57,283 bases of DNA from a virus (Duplodnaviria; Caudoviricetes), in the IMG/VR virus record IMGVR_UViG_3300025132_000044, positions 1 to 57,283 of that record, one strand, 5' to 3'. The notes below the pieces were generated by a model that saw nothing but the letters and a program-made list of their open reading frames with translations, was not told the DNA's origin and did not search any database. Shown here in pieces: positions 47,751-56,986 of this stretch. The position numbers and the translations under genes were made by a program. Numbering within the stretch: position 1 is the stretch's first letter; every line of letters begins with the position of its first letter.

Positions 47751-48389
47751 ATGTCAAAAAAGTTACAAAATATAAAAGCCATTCAACAAATGTTGGATGG
47801 TACCCATAGATTCCAAACTAAAAAAACAACTGGATTTTCTGATGCTAAGCAATTAGCTGAAAAAAATAAAAAACGTGAAGTTGGAGACACGTGGGAAGAA
47901 AAAATTGGAAATACTGTTTATATAATTACACAAGAAAATGGATTTCGTGTTAAAAAACCAAAAAACTCAGTATCTGCAGAAGTTCGTGAATATTTAAATT
48001 CATATCCTAATTGTAGAGAATCATGTTGTAAAACAAGTTATAATCATTTAGATAAAAAAATGAGAACAATTCATGGAATGTGTTTTGATTGTGTTGTAGA
48101 AATGGAACATGAATTAAGAAAGCAAGGAAAATATGAAGAGTATGAACAAAAGAAAATTCATGAAAATGCAGTAGCATGGCTTAAAAATGCAGAACAAGAT
48201 GTAGAACAATTAAAAAAAATATATACAGAAACACAACAATACGTAACTAATGCAGATGGAGCATTAGAAACGTGGGATGCAAAAATGACTGTAGAAAAAT
48301 TTGATGAAACTATACAAACACAATTCGAAGAGTTTAAAACAAAGTTTCTAAATAATTTAACTAAAACAACAAAGGATAATAATGATTAA
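47751..48389 (+). CDS. hypothetical protein, possibly Zn-binding
   Basis: CRESCCK and HGMCFDC motifs. Confidence 0.75.
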   Translation: MSKKLQNIKAIQQMLDGTHRFQTKKTTGFSDAKQLAEKNKKREVGDTWEEKIGNTVYIITQENGFRVKKPKNSVSAEVREYLNSYPNCRESCCKTSYNHLDKKMRTIHGMCFDCVVEMEHELRKQGKYEEYEQKKIHENAVAWLKNAEQDVEQLKKIYTETQQYVTNADGALETWDAKMTVEKFDETIQTQFEEFKTKFLNNLTKTTKDNND

Positions 48390-48714
48390 AAAATATTGGA
48401 AATTAATTGTAAGTATTATTGCTGGTATCTTTGGATTGATATTTATATTTAGTAAAAAATCTAATTCAAAAAAAGCAGCTGATGCTAAGAAAAAAATTGA
48501 TGATAATAATAAATCCATAAATCAATTAGATGGAAGAATTGAAGAAATAAAAAAACAAAAAACAGCTGTTAAGAAAAAAGCTGCTACTACAAAAAAGAAT
48601 ATTGAGACTGCTAAAAAATTAAAAAAACAATCTCCTCCAAAAAAAGTAGTAAAGTCAAAAGATGAAGCAGTTAAATCAGCTGCAGCAAATATAAGAAGAA
48701 GAACTAGGAAATGA
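48382..48714 (+). CDS. membrane-anchored basic coiled-coil protein (i-spanin-like candidate)
   Basis: N-terminal TM helix then Lys-rich coiled coil. Confidence 0.5.
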   Translation: MIKKYWKLIVSIIAGIFGLIFIFSKKSNSKKAADAKKKIDDNNKSINQLDGRIEEIKKQKTAVKKKAATTKKNIETAKKLKKQSPPKKVVKSKDEAVKSAAANIRRRTRK

Positions 48715-49091
48715 AAAAAATTTTTATTATATTATTTATATGGCCATTAATAACATTTAGTCAAACAGTAGATACATGTTTTACAAGTGAAGAAATTATA
48801 GATATTTCAGAAACATTGGATTCGTTATATTACTTAGATTCAATTAATAATGAAATTATTTCTCAACAAGAAATATTAGTGTCAGAATTAGAAACAGTTA
48901 TTAAATTAGATTCAATTGAAATGTTGTATACAACTAAAAAAATAAATTTATTAGAAAGTAATATTGAATTATATATACAACGTGAAAAATATTTAAAACC
49001 TAAATGGTATGATCATAAAGTTATATGGTTTGCATCTGGTATAATAACTGCAGTAGCAACAGGAAAAATGGCCGTTGAAGTACTTCAGTGA
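48711..49091 (+). CDS. secreted coiled-coil protein with C-terminal TM (spanin-like candidate)
   Basis: Signal peptide ...ITFS|Q, acidic coiled coil, KPKWY then hydrophobic helix. Confidence 0.5.
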   Translation: MKKIFIILFIWPLITFSQTVDTCFTSEEIIDISETLDSLYYLDSINNEIISQQEILVSELETVIKLDSIEMLYTTKKINLLESNIELYIQREKYLKPKWYDHKVIWFASGIITAVATGKMAVEVLQ

Positions 49092-50668
49092 GTAATAAAC
49101 AAAATATTAAATTAATAATAAAAGAGCAATACAAAAAGTGCGCAGAAGATCCTGTTTACTTTATGCGTCAGTATTGTTATATTCAACATCCCACAAAAGG
49201 TAAAATTAAATTTAATTTATTTCCATTTCAAGAAGAGTCATTATCTACATTACAAAATAACAGATACAATGTTATTCTTAAATCAAGACAATTAGGTATA
49301 TCAACATTATCTGCAGGATATGCTTTATGGTCAATGTTATTTAATGAAGATTTTAATGTATTAGTTATTGCAACTACTCAAGACGTAGCAAAAAATTTGG
49401 TAAGTAAAGTTCAAATAATGAATGAAAATTTACCAAGTTGGTTAAAAACAAATATAGTTACAAATAATAAACTATCATTGAAATTTGCAAATGGATCTCA
49501 AATTAAAGCAATATCAAGTGCATCTACCGGAGCACGATCAGAAGCATTATCATTATTAATAGTTGATGAAGCTGCATTTATTAGAAATATTGAAGAAATA
49601 TGGGTAGCATCTCAAGCAACATTATCTACTGGAGGAGGAGCTATTGTATTATCTACTCCTAATGGTATTGGTAATTGGTTTCATCAAACATGGGCAGACG
49701 CTGAAACTGGAGTTAATGGATTTCAAACAATTAAATTAGATTGGAAATTACATCCAGAACGAGATCAATTATGGAGAGATGAACAAACGCAATTATTAGG
49801 AGAACGAGGCGCAGCTCAAGAATGTGATTGTGATTTTATATCATCTGGACATACTGTAGTAGATGGATTAATATTACAAGAATATGAACTTAAATGTATT
49901 GAGCCAATAGAAAAACGAGGATACGACAATGGATATTGGATATGGGAATATCCAGATTATACAAAAAATTATATTGTAGTTGCAGACGTTGCTAGAGGTG
50001 ATGGAGCAGATTGGTCAGCTTTTCACGTAATTGATGTACAAGATATAAAACAAGTAGCAGAATACAAAGGAAAACTTCCGCCTAAAGACTTTGGTAACAT
50101 GTTAGTAACAGTTGCAACAGAATGGAATAATGCATTATTAGCTATAGAAAACGCAAATATCGGATGGGCAGCAATACAGCCAGCATTAGATAGAAATTAT
50201 GAAAACTTATTTTATACATATAAAGATGATGGATATGTCGACTTAGATATACAATTAAGAAAAGGATATGATCAAAAAGATAAATCACAAATGGTACCAG
50301 GTGTGTCGACAACTTCTCGAACAAGACCATTAATGATATCTGCATTAGAAATGTATATGCGAGAAAAAAGTCCTGTTATACATTCTAAAAGATTAATACA
50401 AGAGCTATTCGTATTCGTTTGGTTAAATAGTAAACCTCAAGCACAAGTTGGATATAATGACGATTTGGTAATGAGTTTTGCAATTGCTTTATGGTTACGT
50501 GATACAAGTTTAAAATTAAGACAGCAAGGTATTGAATTGAATAAAAGAGCTTTATCTCAATTTCAAAAATCAGATACAACCATTTATACTAATAAAAATA
50601 AACATTCTGAACAAGGGTGGGATTGGAATAATGGGTATGATAATGAAAATTTAACCTGGCTTCTGTAG
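49088..50668 (+). CDS. terL: terminase large subunit (gp17-like)
   Basis: LFPFQ, KSRQLGIST, LLIVDEAAF, STPNG, ADVARGDGAD, DDLVMS. Confidence 0.95.
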   Translation: MSNKQNIKLIIKEQYKKCAEDPVYFMRQYCYIQHPTKGKIKFNLFPFQEESLSTLQNNRYNVILKSRQLGISTLSAGYALWSMLFNEDFNVLVIATTQDVAKNLVSKVQIMNENLPSWLKTNIVTNNKLSLKFANGSQIKAISSASTGARSEALSLLIVDEAAFIRNIEEIWVASQATLSTGGGAIVLSTPNGIGNWFHQTWADAETGVNGFQTIKLDWKLHPERDQLWRDEQTQLLGERGAAQECDCDFISSGHTVVDGLILQEYELKCIEPIEKRGYDNGYWIWEYPDYTKNYIVVADVARGDGADWSAFHVIDVQDIKQVAEYKGKLPPKDFGNMLVTVATEWNNALLAIENANIGWAAIQPALDRNYENLFYTYKDDGYVDLDIQLRKGYDQKDKSQMVPGVSTTSRTRPLMISALEMYMREKSPVIHSKRLIQELFVFVWLNSKPQAQVGYNDDLVMSFAIALWLRDTSLKLRQQGIELNKRALSQFQKSDTTIYTNKNKHSEQGWDWNNGYDNENLTWLL

Positions 50669-50674
50669 TTAGTT

Positions 50675-50683
50675 ATATTTATA
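50675..50683 (+). promoter_or_regulatory. late-promoter motif ATATTTATA
   Basis: Upstream of portal. Confidence 0.7.
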
Positions 50684-50702
50684 TTAAATTAAAGATAATA
50701 TT

Positions 50703-52517
50703 ATGGCGTCGTTAAGAAAACGTTTACAAAATTTATTTAGTACAAATGTCGTAGTTAGAAAATTCGGCAAAGAAAAATTACGTGTTGTTGATACAAATCG
50801 ATTACAATCAGTAGGAAATATTTCTGCTACAAAAATAACTGATCGATATTCAAGATTACATGGATCGAATAGATATGGATACGGATCATATGGATCTGCT
50901 TATGGAGGGTATGATTCAAATTACTATTCACAACAAAATAGAAAACAATTATATACTGATTATGAAATGATGGATAAAGATCCTATTATTTCTTCTGCAT
51001 TAGATATATACTCTGACGAATCAACCTTAGAAGATCAGTTTGGAGATATATTAACAATAAAAACTAATAAAACACATATCCAAAAAATATTATACAATTT
51101 ATTTTATGATGTATTAAATATTGAATTCAATATGTGGCCTTGGATAAGAAATATATGTAAATACGGAGATTTCTTTTTAAAATTAGATATATCAGAAGGA
51201 ATTGGTATAATTAATTCAAGACCATTATCTGCATATGAAGTAGAAAGAATGGAAGTATTCAATGAAGAAACGGGAGAATATGAAATTAAATTTCGTCATT
51301 CTATTACAGAACAAATTGAATATGATGTTTTTGAATTAGCACATTTTAGAATGTTATCAGATTCAAATTTTTTACCATATGGTAGATCGATGCTAGAAGG
51401 AGCAAGACAAGAATTTCAAAAATTAACAATGTTAGAAGATGCAATGTTAATACATAGAATTATGAGAGCTCCAGAAAAAAGAATTTTTAAAATTGATATT
51501 GGTAATATTCCACCAAATGAAGTTGATTCATTTATGGAACAAATTATTAATAAAATGAAAAAAGTTCCTTTTGTCGATAAAGAAACAGGTAACTATAATT
51601 TAAAATTTAATTTGAATAATATGTTAGAAGATTATTACTTACCAGTTCGTGGAGGTAATAGCCAAACACAAATAGATACATTACCAGGAATGCAATTTAC
51701 TGGTATAGATGATATTGAATATGTAAAAAATAAAATGATGGCTGCTTTAAAAATACCTAAACCATTTTTAGGATATGATGAAGGTGTTGAAGGAAAAACT
51801 ACATTAGCAGCTATGGATATACGTTTTGCTAGAACAATAGAAAGAATTCAAAAAATTGTTGTATCAGAACTATCTAAAATTGCTATAGTACATTTATATT
51901 CTCAAGGATTTGAAGGAGAAGATTTAATCGGATTTGAATTATCTTTAACTCCTCCATCTATTATATATGATCAACAAAAAGTTGCATTAATGAATGAAAA
52001 AATCCAATTAGCAGTTGCAATGAAAGATTCTAAATTATTGTCAGACAAATATATTTATGAATACATATTTAATATGTCTGAAGATGAATGGTTACAAGAA
52101 AGAAATGATATAGTTGAAGATTTAAAATTACGTTTTAGACAAAATCAATTAGAACAAGAAGGCAATGATCCAACGGTAACTGGAGAATCATTTGGTACTC
52201 CTCACGATTTAGCTTCAATGCATATGAGTCACGATGATGTAACAGATAAAGATCAAGGAGGCCGACCTCCCGAAGGAATAAAATACGGACAGCATAAAAA
52301 TCAAATGGGATGGGATCCGACTGGAGCAAAAACATTAAAACAAGCAACTAGTACTACATTTCAACCAGATTCTAGATATAAAAAATCTATTAAAGTTGCA
52401 ACAGAAAATGCTGATATACTAAAGAAATTAAAACAAAATAAATCAAAAATCATAAATGAAGATTCAAAAATAGAAGATGAAAATCTTTCTATGTTGGATG
52501 AAAACAATATTTTATAA
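50703..52517 (+). CDS. portal protein (gp20-like)
   Basis: LEDAMLIHRIMRAPEKRIFKIDIGNIP...LEDYYLPVRGG...IDTLPG...ALKIP. Confidence 0.95.
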   Translation: MASLRKRLQNLFSTNVVVRKFGKEKLRVVDTNRLQSVGNISATKITDRYSRLHGSNRYGYGSYGSAYGGYDSNYYSQQNRKQLYTDYEMMDKDPIISSALDIYSDESTLEDQFGDILTIKTNKTHIQKILYNLFYDVLNIEFNMWPWIRNICKYGDFFLKLDISEGIGIINSRPLSAYEVERMEVFNEETGEYEIKFRHSITEQIEYDVFELAHFRMLSDSNFLPYGRSMLEGARQEFQKLTMLEDAMLIHRIMRAPEKRIFKIDIGNIPPNEVDSFMEQIINKMKKVPFVDKETGNYNLKFNLNNMLEDYYLPVRGGNSQTQIDTLPGMQFTGIDDIEYVKNKMMAALKIPKPFLGYDEGVEGKTTLAAMDIRFARTIERIQKIVVSELSKIAIVHLYSQGFEGEDLIGFELSLTPPSIIYDQQKVALMNEKIQLAVAMKDSKLLSDKYIYEYIFNMSEDEWLQERNDIVEDLKLRFRQNQLEQEGNDPTVTGESFGTPHDLASMHMSHDDVTDKDQGGRPPEGIKYGQHKNQMGWDPTGAKTLKQATSTTFQPDSRYKKSIKVATENADILKKLKQNKSKIINEDSKIEDENLSMLDENNIL

Positions 52518-52525
52518 TTTACTTT

Positions 52526-52534
52526 ATATTTATA
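52526..52534 (+). promoter_or_regulatory. late-promoter motif ATATTTATA
   Basis: Upstream of ATG 52556. Confidence 0.7.
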
Positions 52535-52555
52535 TGAAAAGAAGTATGCACTAAC

Positions 52556-53407
52556 ATGAAAAACTTAAAACATTCAAAGTATAAAAATACCGCTATTCTT
52601 TTTGAAATGTTAGTAAGAAAACTTACGTCAGAAACATTAACATCTGATAAAACTGTAACTGTTGAAATAATTAAAAAATATTTCGGTAAAAATACAGCGT
52701 TATCAAAAGAATTACAGTTATATAATGCACTAATTAAAGAAACAATTAATTCAGAAGCAAAAGCATTAGATTTTATTAGAAGTTGTAAAGACTCTCATAA
52801 TAGGTTAAGCAAAACTTCATTAAAAAGACAACGTTATAATTTAGTTAAAGAAATTTCTGAAAATTTTGATTTTCAAAAAATATCAAAAATACGTATAAAT
52901 AATTATAAAGAATTAGCATCTATATATAAATTATTTGAATATAGTGAAGTTGATAATCCAAAAGTATTGTTAGAATGTAAAACTTCAATTGTTAATCATT
53001 TAATGGGAAAACAAGAATCAATTGATACATCAAATGCATTAATTGAAACATATAAAACTCATGATAAAAATGTTAGATTATTAGCATATAAAATTCTAGT
53101 AGATAAATTCAATAAAAAATATTCAACATTAGATGAAAATCAAAAACAAGTTTTAAATAAATTTATTACTCACGTTAATGATTCAGAATCAATTAAACAA
53201 TATTTTGAAAAAATTATTCCTTCAATTAAAAAAGATTTAAAAGAGCAAGTTAATAAAATAACAGATGCTGCTACAAAAATAAAAGTAGATAAATTATCAG
53301 AAATGCTTTGTAATGTAGAAACTATAAAAGTAATCAAAGAATCTCATGTATTAACTATATTGAGATATTATGATTTAATTAAAGAACTAAAACAGGTAAA
53401 TAAATGA
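52556..53407 (+). CDS. head-module hypothetical protein
   Basis: 283-aa helical ORF between portal and protease; late motif upstream. Confidence 0.75.
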   Translation: MKNLKHSKYKNTAILFEMLVRKLTSETLTSDKTVTVEIIKKYFGKNTALSKELQLYNALIKETINSEAKALDFIRSCKDSHNRLSKTSLKRQRYNLVKEISENFDFQKISKIRINNYKELASIYKLFEYSEVDNPKVLLECKTSIVNHLMGKQESIDTSNALIETYKTHDKNVRLLAYKILVDKFNKKYSTLDENQKQVLNKFITHVNDSESIKQYFEKIIPSIKKDLKEQVNKITDAATKIKVDKLSEMLCNVETIKVIKESHVLTILRYYDLIKELKQVNK

Positions 53408-54120
53408 AATCATTATTAAAACAAATTGAATCTAAATTTCAAAATTTACAAGAACAAGATCAAGATGGTGATAAAGATCAAGACTTTGCAGATGTTCAAA
53501 TTGCAAGAATGGTAGCATCTGGAATGTCTAAAGAAGATGCAATAAAAAAAGTTAAAAGTAAAAATTATAACGAAGAAGCTAAACCTGACTTTTTAGATCT
53601 AGACGGAGATAATGATAAAGAGGAGCCAATGAAGCAAGCAGCTGCACAAGCAAATGAAGCTACTATTGAAGTACCTCAAGAAAAATTAGCTCAAGTTAAA
53701 GCACAAGCAGACGATGATGACACTATAAAAGTTGTTGATGAACAAAACGTTACTGCAAATTTAGACGGAGGAGCTGGACCTCCAAAAACGCCATATGCAT
53801 TTGGAAAGAAAAAAAGAAAATACACATACGCATCAGTATCAGAAGCTATGGATCAAAAATATGCAGCAATGATTGAATCATATTCAAGATTTGCAACTGG
53901 TAATCCAAAGTCGACTCCATCACAAACTGTTAATGGTACTATAAAAGAAGTAGCAAAAAAATTACAAGAGATAGAACAATTAGTTAAATACACTTCTAAA
54001 TTAAAAAATGAATCTGGCATAGCTGGATCAACATATGGAAAATCTACTCATAATGCATTAAAAAGAATTTCTGAAAGACTATTGAAAATTTCTGAAAGAG
54101 TTAGAAGTTTAGGAGAATAA
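53404..54120 (+). CDS. acidic head-module protein with DxDGD motifs
   Basis: DQDGDKDQDFAD, DLDGDNDKEE, TPYAF. Confidence 0.7.
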   Translation: MKSLLKQIESKFQNLQEQDQDGDKDQDFADVQIARMVASGMSKEDAIKKVKSKNYNEEAKPDFLDLDGDNDKEEPMKQAAAQANEATIEVPQEKLAQVKAQADDDDTIKVVDEQNVTANLDGGAGPPKTPYAFGKKKRKYTYASVSEAMDQKYAAMIESYSRFATGNPKSTPSQTVNGTIKEVAKKLQEIEQLVKYTSKLKNESGIAGSTYGKSTHNALKRISERLLKISERVRSLGE

Positions 54121-54121
54121 T

Positions 54122-54748
54122 ATGAATAAAGCTTTATTAGTAGAATATATGCCATTTAAACCAATTGGTGCTATGAATGAACAATCAGGAGCTAAATTTG
54201 GTGTTCCTGGAGGATTGGTAGTACAAGGAGTATTACAACGAGCAGGTGCCAAAAATCAAAATGGTAGAGTATATCCAAAAAATATATTAGATCGTGAAGC
54301 TAAAAAATATCAAACAGATTATATTGATCAGAATAGAGCATTAGGCGAATTAGACCATCCAGATTCTTCAGTTGTTAATTTAAATAATGTATCACACAAT
54401 GTTTTAAAAATGTGGTGGGATGGTGATGATTTATGTGGAGCTGTACAAATATTAGAAACACCAGCTGGAAAAATTTTAAAATCATTATTTAAAGCTGGTA
54501 TTACATTAGGAATATCAAGTAGAGGTTTAGGAAGCGTAAAAGAATTATATAAAGAATCTGCAGTAGAAGTTCAAGAAGATTTTGAATTAATATGTTTTGA
54601 TTTTGTATCTAATCCATCAACCCATGGAGCATTTTTAAGACCAATGAATGAATCAAAAAAAATTAATAACAAAAAAAATTATCAACAAGTAAATAATATT
54701 ATTACATCAATATTGTGTGATAGTGGCAAATGTAGGATTTTACCATGA
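54122..54748 (+). CDS. prohead core protease (gp21-like)
   Basis: NQNGRVYP, ALGELDHP, VSH, TPAG, GISSRGLGS, DFVSNPST. Confidence 0.95.
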   Translation: MNKALLVEYMPFKPIGAMNEQSGAKFGVPGGLVVQGVLQRAGAKNQNGRVYPKNILDREAKKYQTDYIDQNRALGELDHPDSSVVNLNNVSHNVLKMWWDGDDLCGAVQILETPAGKILKSLFKAGITLGISSRGLGSVKELYKESAVEVQEDFELICFDFVSNPSTHGAFLRPMNESKKINNKKNYQQVNNIITSILCDSGKCRILP

Positions 54749-55110
54749 GAATAAAAGAATTATTAGAAGCATTAGAAAGAGAACCAATACAAATAACTAC
54801 AGAACAAAAACAAGAATTTTTGCAGTCTGTTAAATCTTTTTCTCAATTAGGTGAAGGTGTTTATAGCAAAACAAATTTAAAAGAATTATGTGAAAAAGTA
54901 AAGTATATGGTTGAAATGGCTAATCAAGTTACACTATCTGAAGGAGATTGGTTTGACGGAATTACCGTTAATAGAAACATGAAAGAAATTGCTAATTCAT
55001 ATAAAGTATTTGAAAAAACAGCTCAAGAAATGAATGTTTTACAAGAAAGATTAACTGCTGCATATGAAGATATTGGAACAGGCTTGGGTAGATATTTTGA
55101 AATAGATTAA
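54745..55110 (+). CDS. hypothetical protein
   Basis: 121-aa helical ORF with MRIKELLE leader. Confidence 0.75.
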   Translation: MRIKELLEALEREPIQITTEQKQEFLQSVKSFSQLGEGVYSKTNLKELCEKVKYMVEMANQVTLSEGDWFDGITVNRNMKEIANSYKVFEKTAQEMNVLQERLTAAYEDIGTGLGRYFEID

Positions 55111-55111
55111 T

Positions 55112-55140
55112 TTTGATAATTGAAAAAAAATTATTATAAT
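55112..55140 (+). promoter_or_regulatory. sigma70-like promoter TTTGAT-N17-TATAAT
   Basis: Upstream of the 55152 ORF and bS21. Confidence 0.6.
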
Positions 55141-55151
55141 AAAGGAAATAG

Positions 55152-55526
55152 ATGTCAAATATAAATAATATGTATCATCAGCATTTTGGTTTAAAGAAAA
55201 CAAATGAAGCAGATCTGGTAAATAAAATATCAGACTATAAGGGAGGATTTCTTTATAAACTAATAGATCCAGCAACTGCAGGAAATGTAAAAGCTGATAT
55301 CCAAGCATTTTTGAATAAAAAAGGAATGCATGTTATTAAAACAAAATTTAACGACGCAGCTGGTAAAGGATTCTTTTATGTTAGATTAGGAGAAGACCCT
55401 GCTAAAGAATCACAAAGAATACAAGGATTTGTAAGTCAATTACCAGAAGTTTCAAAATTTAAATTTACATTAAGACCAATACAAAAACAAGTTACAAATA
55501 ATTCAGATAATGAACAAACAATCTAA
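55152..55526 (+). CDS. hypothetical protein
   Basis: 124 aa, own promoter-like sequence, AAAGGA SD. Confidence 0.7.
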   Translation: MSNINNMYHQHFGLKKTNEADLVNKISDYKGGFLYKLIDPATAGNVKADIQAFLNKKGMHVIKTKFNDAAGKGFFYVRLGEDPAKESQRIQGFVSQLPEVSKFKFTLRPIQKQVTNNSDNEQTI

Positions 55527-55746
55527 ACACCACAAATCAATAGTTCCAGGAAATGCATTTTCAACAAAAGTAATAGGCAAAGATATAAATTTTGCAATTA
55601 GAAATTGGAAAAAACAAACTAAAACATCTGGTATACTAGATATATTAAAATCAAAACAAGAATTTCAAAAAGCAAGTATTTTAAAAAGACAAATGCTTTC
55701 TGCAGCTAAATACAAACAATATATTCAAACATTAAAAGAAGATTAA
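55510..55746 (+). CDS. rpsU: phage-encoded ribosomal protein bS21
   Basis: KVIGKDINFAIRNWKKQTKTSGILDILKSKQEFQKASILKR...AKY fits the bS21 pattern; location among head genes matches described bS21 phages. Confidence 0.8.
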   Translation: MNKQSKHHKSIVPGNAFSTKVIGKDINFAIRNWKKQTKTSGILDILKSKQEFQKASILKRQMLSAAKYKQYIQTLKED

Positions 55747-55764
55747 TCTTTTTTTACTTACTCC

Positions 55765-55773
55765 ATATTTATA
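55765..55773 (+). promoter_or_regulatory. late-promoter motif ATATTTATA
   Basis: Upstream of the structured leader of the scaffold/capsid operon. Confidence 0.7.
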
Positions 55774-55870
55774 GTAAATACGCTATCTCTATATAGCGTC
55801 AATTATTATTAATATTCTTATTAAGATTCACAATAATCTTATTTCCAACAAAAAATTAAGGAGTAAACGT

Positions 55871-56968
55871 ATGGACGTAAAATCGGACTTACTAAAAGAA
55901 GCAATTGCAGATGCAAAAGCTGTTAAAGAAACAGCGTTAGCAAATGCAAAAATAGCTCTTGAAGAAGCTTTTGCTCCTAGACTTCACAACATGTTATCAA
56001 CAAAAATTTCAGAAGAAATGGATGAACCCATGGAAGATGAAATGGATGTAGATATGGATATGGATATGGAAGCACCTACTGAAGAACCAACAGTAACTGT
56101 CGACGGCGAAAAATATGTAAAAGCTGACGACGAAGCTGGTGAAGAGGTAGATGCAGCCGCTGTATCAGATGACATGGATGCAATTGGGGATATGCATGCA
56201 GAAGGCGAAGAAGCCGAAATGGATGCTGAACCTGTAGATGTTGCTGCTGAAGATCTAGAATTAGAAGCTATTATTAGAGAGTTAGAAGAAGATTTAAATG
56301 AAGAAGAAATAACTGAAGAGTTAGATGAGGCTCATTGTGGTACTGGAGATGAACCCGACGATAAGAAGGAGAAAAACGAAGGTAAACACGAAGAAGAACC
56401 AAAAGACACAGATAAAGTTGAAGAGTCATTAAATATTGATGAAATTATTGAAGAAATACTTTCAGAAGATGAAAATGATGAAACTGGTGATGAGCATAAA
56501 AATGGCAAAGAAGTTGACGAAGCTTTAGATTCATCTGGTATCGGAAAAGGTACTGGTATGAAGCAAGCTGACGATCACACTGATGATCCACAAGGATCTA
56601 AATTAGTGGAAGAGTTAGACGAAGCTTATGATACTATTGAGTCATTAAGAGACACTATCAATGAAGTTAATCTTTTAAATGCAAAACTTCTTTACACGAA
56701 TAAATTATTTAGAAATTTTGAATTATCAGAAGATCAAAAAATGAAAGTAATAGAAAATTTTGATAGAGCTGGTAATACAAGAGAAGTTAAACTAGTATTT
56801 AGTACATTAGCAGAAAATTTTACAGTACCTGTAAAAAAGAGAAAAATGGTAAAAGAAGGAATTGCTTCTAAACCAGTTCAATCTACTGCTCCTGCAACTA
56901 AAACTATAATCAATGAAGGTAATCAATTAGCTAATAGATGGAAGAAATTAGCTGGATTACTAGATTAA
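55871..56968 (+). CDS. prohead scaffold/core protein (gp22-like)
   Basis: Highly acidic coiled coil; LLKEAIADAKAVK...NLLNAKLLY...WKKLAGL; directly upstream of the major capsid gene. Confidence 0.8.
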   Translation: MDVKSDLLKEAIADAKAVKETALANAKIALEEAFAPRLHNMLSTKISEEMDEPMEDEMDVDMDMDMEAPTEEPTVTVDGEKYVKADDEAGEEVDAAAVSDDMDAIGDMHAEGEEAEMDAEPVDVAAEDLELEAIIRELEEDLNEEEITEELDEAHCGTGDEPDDKKEKNEGKHEEEPKDTDKVEESLNIDEIIEEILSEDENDETGDEHKNGKEVDEALDSSGIGKGTGMKQADDHTDDPQGSKLVEELDEAYDTIESLRDTINEVNLLNAKLLYTNKLFRNFELSEDQKMKVIENFDRAGNTREVKLVFSTLAENFTVPVKKRKMVKEGIASKPVQSTAPATKTIINEGNQLANRWKKLAGLLD

Positions 56969-56986
56969 AAAAAAGGAAAATTAAAA

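Noticed and set aside
1517-56175. All minus-strand ORFs in the track
   Set aside because: Short antisense shadows of long + strand genes with no motifs; those in 34310-39697 simply mirror the fibre repeats
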